The notes: generated by a model from the letters alone, not told the origin. 32,000 bases of DNA from Candidatus Saccharimonadota bacterium (GCA_001897305.1 MKSO01000001.1:720001-752000), one strand, 5' to 3'. Shown: positions 10,144 through 15,596, counted from the stretch's first letter. A program made the numbers and translations.

Positions 10144-10222
10144 GATCAAAAGCGCATGCACGTTTTTACCCGAAGTATTGTAACAAAAAATACCCCGTAT
10201 TACTAGAGGTATAGGACATTTT
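10144..10222 (+). repeat. possible degenerate third copy of the island-flanking repeat family
   Basis: It has the same block order as the copy at 11421-11535: GATCA (10144-10148), GCATG (10154-10158), TTGTAA (10178-10183), ATACC (10190-10194), TAGAGGTATAGG (10204-10215) and TTTT (10219-10222). The alignment was made by eye and includes indels. Confidence 0.35.
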
Positions 10223-10238
10223 ATGCTATTTTGCTCTT

Positions 10239-10278
10239 CCGTCGGAGCCTCGGCAGTTTCCTGCCGAGACCCCGACGG
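10239..10278 (-). terminator. GC-rich nested hairpin 8 nt after the stop of the minus-strand island operon (no U-tract)
   Basis: CCGTCGG agc CTCGGCAG tttc CTGCCGAG acc CCGACGG. The inner stem is a perfect 8 bp and the outer stem 7 bp. It coincides with the left composition boundary. Confidence 0.5.
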
Positions 10279-10285
10279 CGAGAGC

Positions 10286-10729
10286 CTACAGACGGCGCTG
10301 AGCTCGATAGCGCCGCGCACCCCCTGCCTTGGTGACGTACACACAGACATGATTGCGATCACCCGGACGCTGCATCTCGAGCGCTTGCGCAAGCCACGAC
10401 AAGGGCTTGAAGGTAAGCCCGAGCCGATAGGCGGCGAACGCAGCCAGCTGGAGGCCAGCGTCAGAGTCTCGATCCAAGCGCCTGAAGGCTTCCTCGATGA
10501 TCTCGACTTTACGAGCCACCTCCTGCTTCTCCTCGAGGTCCGACAGCTTGTCCCCCAGGCGAACCTCACGAACAAGTGGAGGCAACTCCCCTGCCACCTC
10601 CATCAGAACTTGCATAACCTCCTCGGATACGACGACGTTACAGCGCAGCTCGTCCGAAGTAGCTTCGGTGGGCATCTCGATCTGGTATTCGATCGTCTCA
10701 GCCCCCTGCGAAGGCAGCATGAGGCTCAT
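10286..10729 (-). CDS. hypothetical protein (147 aa), translationally coupled to the upstream gene
   Basis: The start MSLMLPSQGAETIEYQ... overlaps the upstream stop as ATGA (plus strand tcat at 10726-10729). Third codon positions are mostly G/C on this strand, and the composition is acidic and helical. The longer 192-aa ORF (to 10864) overlaps the upstream gene and is unlikely. No family recognised. Confidence 0.55.
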   Translation of the reverse strand: MSLMLPSQGAETIEYQIEMPTEATSDELRCNVVVSEEVMQVLMEVAGELPPLVREVRLGDKLSDLEEKQEVARKVEIIEEAFRRLDRDSDAGLQLAAFAAYRLGLTFKPLSWLAQALEMQRPGDRNHVCVYVTKAGGARRYRAQRRL

Positions 10730-11184
10730 GCCATCACCTCCATTCGGCGAAGCGTTCGAACTGTGCCCGTAATCGGTGCGTCTCGAGAGACGAGGTCTCG
10801 GAGATACTGCTCGCCCGCAGGCGTCACCTGAAACGACAGCCCTCCACCAGAACTGGCGGAGCACTGCACGCTCTTCACGAACTTGTTCGCGAGCATGTGA
10901 TCAACAACCCTGAAGGCAGCCGACCTCCTCCTGCGCACATTGCGCAAGCGATTCTTGTGGATGACCTTGTCGAGCACCCACCGCCTGAGCATCTTGATCG
11001 ATGGAAGCCGCAGCGGCTTCTCTCGATCGAGAAGCAAAGCAAGCGCTTGATCATGAATGGCTTTCGTCACCAGATCCAACTCCTTCACGGAATTGGATCG
11101 TGCGGTGGCTGCAGCATTCTGATTCCCCATTGGTACCATACTTCCTGTAGGTTCTCGTACACTCCTGAAGGAGCTGCGTCTCAT
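10726..11184 (-). CDS. hypothetical small basic protein with a winged-helix-like C-terminal half
   Basis: Maximal ORF of 152 aa. An internal ATG at 11130 (MGNQNAA...) lies 10 nt after AGGAAG and may be the true start. The segment VVDHMLANKFVKSVQ...LSFQVTPAGEQYLRDL resembles the recognition helix plus wing of MarR-type wHTH proteins. This is a weak, motif-level call. Confidence 0.55.
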   Translation of the reverse strand: MRRSSFRSVREPTGSMVPMGNQNAAATARSNSVKELDLVTKAIHDQALALLLDREKPLRLPSIKMLRRWVLDKVIHKNRLRNVRRRRSAAFRVVDHMLANKFVKSVQCSASSGGGLSFQVTPAGEQYLRDLVSRDAPITGTVRTLRRMEVMA

Positions 11185-11207
11185 GGGACGAAATTAAGTA
11201 CTCGTTG

Positions 11208-11236
11208 GTTATAGCATTATTGACAATTTAATTCAA
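11208..11236 (-). promoter_or_regulatory. candidate sigma70-type promoter for the minus-strand island operon
   Basis: On the minus strand it reads TTGAAT (plus 11231-11236), a 17-nt spacer, then TATAAC (plus 11208-11213). It lies about 20 nt upstream of the first ATG at 11184. Confidence 0.35.
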
Positions 11237-11239
11237 TAA
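11217..11239. promoter_or_regulatory. near-palindrome overlapping the divergent -35 elements (candidate operator)
   Basis: TTATTGA(C)AATT T AATTCAATAA has arms complementary except for one extra base. It overlaps TTGACA (11220-11225, plus strand) and the minus-strand -35. Confidence 0.3.
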
Positions 11240-11272
11240 TTATATTGTATTATTAACTAGATAAGCTCACGT

Positions 11273-11288
11273 ACGCTATATATAGCGT
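11273..11288. promoter_or_regulatory. perfect 16-bp palindrome in the AT-rich hub (candidate operator)
   Basis: ACGCTATATATAGCGT is identical to its own reverse complement. Confidence 0.3.
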
Positions 11289-11356
11289 CATTCATAAGTA
11301 TTTTAGGCAAAGTGACCATAAAGCTTGTGCTTTTGTTGTATATATTGTATAGAATA

Positions 11357-11385
11357 TTGACATTTTAAGCATTTTGTGATAAATT
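11357..11385 (+). promoter_or_regulatory. candidate strong promoter with an extended -10, driving the leader and the membrane-protein/lipoprotein operon
   Basis: TTGACA (11357-11362), a 17-nt spacer ending in TGa, then TAAATT (11380-11385). This matches the TGn extended -10 arrangement. Confidence 0.45.
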
Positions 11386-11391
11386 AAGAAC

Positions 11392-11656
11392 ATCATTCAC
11401 GGGTGCGGTGTGAGAGACCACGCCAGGGTGAGGAGGTCGTTAACAAGTCAGATCATTACAGTGCATGTCTGGATGCGCTTTATTTGCTTTTTGTAAATAC
11501 CGCGAAATCCGCGCACTGTAGAAGCTATAGATTTTCCTTACTCCTTTCACGGGACGGAAGGGCAGCCCACTATTATTGATAGTAAGCTGTCGTTCCGTCC
11601 CGACCGTCGGGACCTCGCCAAACCGGCGATTGTCCCTTCGGGGAAAGGAGCAAGAC
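11392..11656 (+). promoter_or_regulatory. long structured 5' leader with mutually exclusive hairpins
   Basis: Hairpin A pairs CGGGACGGAA (11550-11559) with TTCCGTCCCG (11593-11602). Hairpin B is GTCCCGA ccg TCGGGAC (11597-11613) and reuses the 3' arm of A. Further hairpins are TCGCC/GGCGA (11615-11629) and TCCC ttcg GGGA (11633-11644), the latter abutting the SD AAGGAG (11645-11650). Confidence 0.4.
11421..11535 (+). repeat. left copy of the diverged inverted repeat bracketing the plus-strand island operon
   Basis: Blocks are GCCAGGGT, GTTAAC (11439-11444), TCAGATCATTACA (11448-11460), TGCATGTC (11462-11469), TGGATGCGCT, AAATACC and GAAGCTATAGATTTT (11521-11535). They recur in the same order in the reverse complement of 13627-13785. 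Confidence 0.7.
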
Positions 11657-12070
11657 ATGTCCACCAGCGACACCACCATCAGCGCCGAAGAGCGAGAAAT
11701 CGCGAATCTGCTAAAGGCAGAACCGAGCAATGAAGTCCACACGGAGCCCTCTCACAAGGAGGCCCGCAAGGAGATGTGGCGGAACTACTTCCGCACGTTG
11801 TTCATCGTCTGGTTCGCCCAGTTCGTCACCGCCGTCATCTTCTTCATGATCGCTTACGCGAACGGATGGACGGACGGCTTCAACTACGGCTACAAGGATC
11901 CCAACGGACACATCGAGCCCTTCAACGGGGCAAAGATGTGGGAGGCGATCGGCATCATGACCCAGTGGGGAGTGGTAATCATCTTCGTACTGGCGTTCGG
12001 AGCGCTCGTCGCGCTCGCCATCCGGTGGGTCCCCAAGACGCACAAGCCCAAGACCGACAAGAAGCACTGA
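11657..12070 (+). CDS. hypothetical 2-TM membrane protein (137 aa) with a basic C-terminal tail
   Basis: ATG at 11657 lies 6 nt after AAGGAG. The tracked 164-aa ORF opens with TTG inside the leader and is unlikely. TM helices are FRTLFIVWFAQFVTAVIFFMIAY and WGVVIIFVLAFGALVALAI, and the tail is KTHKPKTDKKH. Third codon positions are G/C-rich. Confidence 0.7.
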   Translation: MSTSDTTISAEEREIANLLKAEPSNEVHTEPSHKEARKEMWRNYFRTLFIVWFAQFVTAVIFFMIAYANGWTDGFNYGYKDPNGHIEPFNGAKMWEAIGIMTQWGVVIIFVLAFGALVALAIRWVPKTHKPKTDKKH

Positions 12071-12089
12071 CACCGAGAGGAGGTGCGTC

Positions 12090-13577
12090 ATGCGACGCAT
12101 CAAAACCCTCAGCCTCGCCATCGTTCTTCTGATGTTCGGTGCTGTGTCCCTCGCGGGATGCAGTGCCTTCATCGGAGGGAGTGCGCAGGCTGACGACAGT
12201 GACACCGTCACTGTCACGCCCATCAACCTGTCCGACCAGACCGTTATCGACGGCCTGTGCGGCTCCGACCCGAACTCCTCGAACGAGGAGCTCCGCAACA
12301 AGAGCGCCACGCGCTACCTGGACGCGTTCCAGGCGGTCGTGGAAGATCTCAAGCGGTACGAAGACGGCGGCGCCCGACACGACAAGGTCGCGGAAATCCA
12401 GGCGTCCTGGGGGGTCAACCCCGAGGATCAGCCTGCTGTTGACACCGCCGTCGCCGCCCTCAAGGCGCGCGCCGGTGAGGTCTGTGGCAACACGCAGGAC
12501 GGCGCTACGACGCAGCTCTGGAACCAGGATGGTACCCGTACCTTCCTGGCGTCCGTCAACTCCACGGAGGTGACGGGTGTCGACTCCACCGCTGACGCCA
12601 GTGCACCGCCCGTGCTGGTTCTGGACGCGTCCAACAAGGGCGTCGAGGTGTTCAAGTCGTTCACCCAACTGCTGAACACGGCCGAACAGGCCGGGCACGC
12701 AGGACAGGTGTACATCGACTACATCAACGCCCACAAGGCCGACTTCGGTCCGAACTGGACGAACGGTTGGGAAGACGTCAAGAAGTTCGCCAAGACCGAG
12801 CAGGAGCAGAAGGTCGACACGCGTGCCGTGCAGGTATTGAACTGCCCGGCCGATGTGACCGAAGCAACCGCTCGTTCGATGGCGGCAGAGATCAAGGGAA
12901 TCGGCGAGTACGATGCCCAGCACATGGCTTTCCAGCGTGTGTCGGGCAACTTCGTCAACTCCCGCGATGTCGGCGTCTACGGCCAGCCGAACATCCAGCC
13001 GTTCACGCAGTCCAACTGCCAGATCCGTGTCAGCCTCGTCCCGATCGTCTACGACGCCTCGGGCAAGGCCATCGGGCTCGACAGCTCGGGCGTCGGCATC
13101 TTCGTCGACTGCGGCAACCCTCACTGGTGGATCCCTCCGACAGTGATCGTCTGGCAGTGCGCCACTTCCGAGTGCGCACCGCCGGCCGAGCAGGTCTGCC
13201 CGTGGAACCCCGCCCTGCCGGTGGGTTCACCGAACTGCAAGCCGCCGACACCGTCGGACGCCAAGGACAACAGGCTCACCCCGGACAACCCGGGATGGAC
13301 CCCCCGCGGCACCGACAACGGCGTGACCGACGGCCGTGAGTCGGTGCGTCAGCAAGAGTCGGGTGATACCCGAGGCAATGGTGGTCAACACCAGGTCGGT
13401 GGCAACACCGGTTCCGGTGACAACACCAGCAGTACGGGCACTGACGTCACCGTCGGAGGGTCCACCCCCGGCGGAGACAGCCCCACGGGCACCGTACAGG
13501 ACCCGGGCCTGGTGAAGGACGACAAGGGAGGAACGGAAGGCGCAACCTGCGTCCCCACTCCCCTCGTCAGCTGCTGA
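12090..13577 (+). CDS. secreted lipoprotein of unknown function (495 aa), Cys-rich with a Gly/Thr/Ser-rich C-terminal region
   Basis: The SD GGAGG is 6 nt upstream. The signal peptide carries a lipobox (MRRIKTLSLAIVLLMFGAVSLAG|C). Third-position G/C is strong in this frame only. There are many Cys residues (for example WQCATSECAPPAEQVCPWNP...NCKPP) and a low-complexity tail (GNTGSGDNTSSTGT...). No known domain recognised. Confidence 0.8.
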   Translation: MRRIKTLSLAIVLLMFGAVSLAGCSAFIGGSAQADDSDTVTVTPINLSDQTVIDGLCGSDPNSSNEELRNKSATRYLDAFQAVVEDLKRYEDGGARHDKVAEIQASWGVNPEDQPAVDTAVAALKARAGEVCGNTQDGATTQLWNQDGTRTFLASVNSTEVTGVDSTADASAPPVLVLDASNKGVEVFKSFTQLLNTAEQAGHAGQVYIDYINAHKADFGPNWTNGWEDVKKFAKTEQEQKVDTRAVQVLNCPADVTEATARSMAAEIKGIGEYDAQHMAFQRVSGNFVNSRDVGVYGQPNIQPFTQSNCQIRVSLVPIVYDASGKAIGLDSSGVGIFVDCGNPHWWIPPTVIVWQCATSECAPPAEQVCPWNPALPVGSPNCKPPTPSDAKDNRLTPDNPGWTPRGTDNGVTDGRESVRQQESGDTRGNGGQHQVGGNTGSGDNTSSTGTDVTVGGSTPGGDSPTGTVQDPGLVKDDKGGTEGATCVPTPLVSC

Positions 13578-13584
13578 ACCTCAA

Positions 13585-13615
13585 GTGGGCGGGTCGCTTC
13601 GCGCGACCCGCCCAC
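13585..13615 (+). terminator. 13-bp GC-rich hairpin after the lipoprotein gene (no U-tract)
   Basis: GTGGGCGGGTCGC ttcgc GCGACCCGCCCAC begins 8 nt after the stop. It marks the right composition boundary. Confidence 0.6.
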
Positions 13616-13626
13616 TCCGGCACAAC

Positions 13627-13785
13627 AAAATCTATAGCTTCATTACCTATGGAGCAGTATTCCGTATTTGAGTCCGCCTCACGGCAGATTCGTATGTTGA
13701 GTAGCGCTCCATAGGCTACTCCAAGTTTTATTGAGATGCACATAATTGTAATGATCTGATTTGATAATCGTTAACAACCCGGCAA
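13627..13785 (-). repeat. right (inverted) copy of the repeat bracketing the island operon
   Basis: The reverse complement contains GCCGGGTT, GTTAAC (13770-13775), TCAGATCATTACA (13747-13759), TGCATCTC (13733-13740), TGGAGCGCT, AAATACGG and GAAGCTATAGATTTT (13627-13641). It is about 45 nt longer than the left copy in the central part. Confidence 0.7.
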
Positions 13786-13850
13786 CAATGTTTTATATTT
13801 TATTAATTTTGATTTTTTCTGCGAGATAAATCAAGAAAAGGAGCAAGTAT

Positions 13851-15503
13851 ATGAGTAAACTTATGTCTCTCATTCGTCGTTCTCCAAAGCGCGTTTTCGC
13901 TCTTGTAGCAGTAGCTGCAGCTGCACTTATCGTGCCAGTTGCCGCTCTTGCATGGGGACCAGACCGACCAACATTTACTATGGAAAATCCTGCACCATAT
14001 GTAACATTTAACTCAATAACTAATAACGGTAAGGTTGGTGATGAGCGTAACTTCCTGCGCATTCGCGAATCAGGAACCGGTGAATACATTAACCAAGTTA
14101 ATTTCGAACCAGGCAAGGTGTACGACGTTTCTGTGTACTACCACAATAATGCTGCAACTCGCTTGAACGCAAGCGGCGAAGGTATTGCAAAAGATGCAAC
14201 TCTTAAGATTGAAATGCCTTACGTCATTAAAGCAGGTGTTAATGCCGCTTTAACAAGTACTATTTCTGCTAGCAATGCTAAGCCAACCTCAGTATGGGAT
14301 GAAGCATACGGTAAGAACAATACTAACGCTGAAATTGCTTTGCGATATGTCGCTGGCTCAGCTAAGTTTGTAAGTAACGGCGCTATTAACGGCCAAACAC
14401 TTCCAGACAGCCTATTCACTACTGGCGCAAAACTAGGTTTTGATAGCCAAAATGGTACCGTACCTGGTTGTAACGAATATTCAGGTTTTGTAAACTTCAA
14501 AATCCGTATCGACCAGCCTAACTACGAGGTTAAAAAGGTAGTGAGTACCGATGACGGTAAAACTTGGGTTGATAGTGTAAAAGCACAACCAGGTAGCACG
14601 GTAACATACGGTATTTCTTACCAAAACACCGGTACTAACCAGCAGGATGACGTTGTTGTACGTGACATGTTACCAGCTGGCGTAGCATATGTACCTGACT
14701 CAACTTACTTAATGAACTCTGTAACAAAAGGTAAATTCGAAAAAGCTTCCGATGGCATTACTACCGTAGGATACAATGCTGGTTCGTACCAATCAAAGGG
14801 TAATGTGTTCTTTAAGTTCAATGCTAAACTACCAAGCAAAGACCAACTAAAGTGTGGTACCAACACACTTGTAAACACTGCTCGCGTAAGCGTTAATGGT
14901 GGCTACAAAGAAGACACCGCTACTGTAACTATCGATAACGAATGTAAGCCAGTCGTAAAATACACCTGTGATGCCCTCGGCGTAACCGTTGTAGACCGTA
15001 CTCACTTTACATTTAACACTAAGTACACCGTACAGAACGCAACCTTTAAAAGTGTTACTTACGTTATTAAGAACGCAAACGGCAAGGTTGTTGACACCAA
15101 AACTTCTAACGGTACGTCTTTGAACTACACTCAAACAACTGTTGGCAAGTACACCGTACAAGCAACAGTTACCGTTACTGTTGATGGTACAACTAAGACA
15201 GTTACCAGCGACGCATGTAAGGCTTCATTCGAAGTACCTGCACAACCTGGAAACATTACTGTTTGTGAACTCTCAACTAAGAAAATCGTAACCATTAAGG
15301 AAAACCAGTTCGATGCTGCGAAGTACTCGAAGGACCTTAGCAAGTGTGCGGAGACACCAGTTCCACCGGTAACTCCACCTACCACACCACCTGAGCTTCC
15401 TCACACCGGTATGACCGAAAACATTGTTGCCATTACTGGTCTTGGTGCCCTGATTGCAAGCATCGCTTACTACGTTGCAAGCCGTCGCGCACTAAACCAA
15501 TAG
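13851..15503 (+). CDS. LPXTG-anchored surface protein with repeated beta-rich (DUF11/Ig-like) modules
   Basis: 550 aa with the SD AAGGAG upstream and a signal peptide (...VAALA|WG). The C-terminal sorting signal is LPHTG, a hydrophobic helix (IVAITGLGALIASIAYYVA) and SRR. There are repeated T/V/K-rich beta-strand segments with paired Cys. Confidence 0.85.
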   Translation: MSKLMSLIRRSPKRVFALVAVAAAALIVPVAALAWGPDRPTFTMENPAPYVTFNSITNNGKVGDERNFLRIRESGTGEYINQVNFEPGKVYDVSVYYHNNAATRLNASGEGIAKDATLKIEMPYVIKAGVNAALTSTISASNAKPTSVWDEAYGKNNTNAEIALRYVAGSAKFVSNGAINGQTLPDSLFTTGAKLGFDSQNGTVPGCNEYSGFVNFKIRIDQPNYEVKKVVSTDDGKTWVDSVKAQPGSTVTYGISYQNTGTNQQDDVVVRDMLPAGVAYVPDSTYLMNSVTKGKFEKASDGITTVGYNAGSYQSKGNVFFKFNAKLPSKDQLKCGTNTLVNTARVSVNGGYKEDTATVTIDNECKPVVKYTCDALGVTVVDRTHFTFNTKYTVQNATFKSVTYVIKNANGKVVDTKTSNGTSLNYTQTTVGKYTVQATVTVTVDGTTKTVTSDACKASFEVPAQPGNITVCELSTKKIVTIKENQFDAAKYSKDLSKCAETPVPPVTPPTTPPELPHTGMTENIVAITGLGALIASIAYYVASRRALNQ

Positions 15504-15550
15504 TCCGAGTCTGACCGCTCTTTCTAGAAGCGATCCGGCTTCCACCATAA

Positions 15551-15578
15551 CCCCACTCCCCTAACGAGTGGGGTTTTT
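15551..15578 (+). terminator. rho-independent terminator after the LPXTG gene
   Basis: CCCCACT cccctaacg AGTGGGG followed by TTTTT. Confidence 0.7.
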
Positions 15579-15596
15579 GGTATACTAGTAAAAGAT

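Larger units (their letters stand above)
10239..13615. mobile_element. compositionally foreign GC-rich island of two modules plus an AT-rich hub; no recombinase detected
   Basis: Hand counts of 60-nt lines give 39/60 GC at 12301-12360, 27/60 in the backbone at 8581-8640, and 14/60 in the hub at 11221-11280. Inferred reading frames have G/C-dominated third codon positions. Both ends are marked by GC-rich hairpins. Confidence 0.6.

Noticed and set aside
10223-10831. A 202-aa plus-strand ORF opposite the two small island genes
   Set aside because: Its translation is Arg/Ser/Leu-rich and not protein-like, and it starts in the AT-rich spacer without an SD. The minus-strand frames show G/C third-position bias and an ATGA coupled junction.
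11440-11742. A 100-aa minus-strand ORF, and the TTG-initiated N-terminal extension (11576-11656) of the membrane protein, both across the leader
   Set aside because: Both run through strongly hairpinned sequence and have no SD. The ATG at 11657 has a well-spaced AAGGAG.
11979-13124. A 381-aa minus-strand ORF, and other long ORFs (11711-12310 minus, 12767-13339 plus, 12139-12573 plus), overlapping the lipoprotein gene
   Set aside because: These are shadow ORFs typical of GC-rich DNA. Their translations are Arg/Ala/Gly/Val-rich with no signal or domain logic. Only the frame of 12090-13577 shows an SD, a lipobox signal peptide and G/C-biased third positions.
11657-13577. Phage lysis cassette (holin plus spanin-like lipoprotein) reading of the island operon
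   Set aside because: The 2-TM protein with a basic tail is superficially holin-like. However, the lipoprotein is far too large (495 aa) for a spanin, there is no endolysin, and the host has a Gram-positive-type envelope.
10200-13650. Simple assembly chimera as the explanation for the GC-rich block
   Set aside because: This is not excluded, but I consider it less likely. Both flanks return to backbone composition and gene style. The block contains an AT-rich hub and repeat copies that tie its interior to both junction regions. It needs read-level verification.
11421-13785. Integron cassette/attC interpretation of the flanking inverted repeats
   Set aside because: GTTAACA does not fit the attC core GTTRRRY (the third R position is C). 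No intI gene or attI is present. The repeats are sequence-conserved blocks rather than the structure-only conservation typical of attC.
10132-13850. Classic tRNA-integrated prophage, ICE or genomic island
   Set aside because: There are no integrase, excisionase, capsid, terminase, relaxase or FtsK-like transfer genes. No tRNA-derived direct repeat is present, and the island lies on the 5' side of the tRNA. I kept only the weaker call of a foreign island of unknown mechanism.
13793-14116. A 107-aa minus-strand ORF overlapping the LPXTG gene start, and a 95-aa minus-strand ORF at 15524-15811
   Set aside because: They are antisense to better-supported genes. Their translations are low-quality (Arg/Ser-rich or lacking structure) and they have no ribosome-binding sites.
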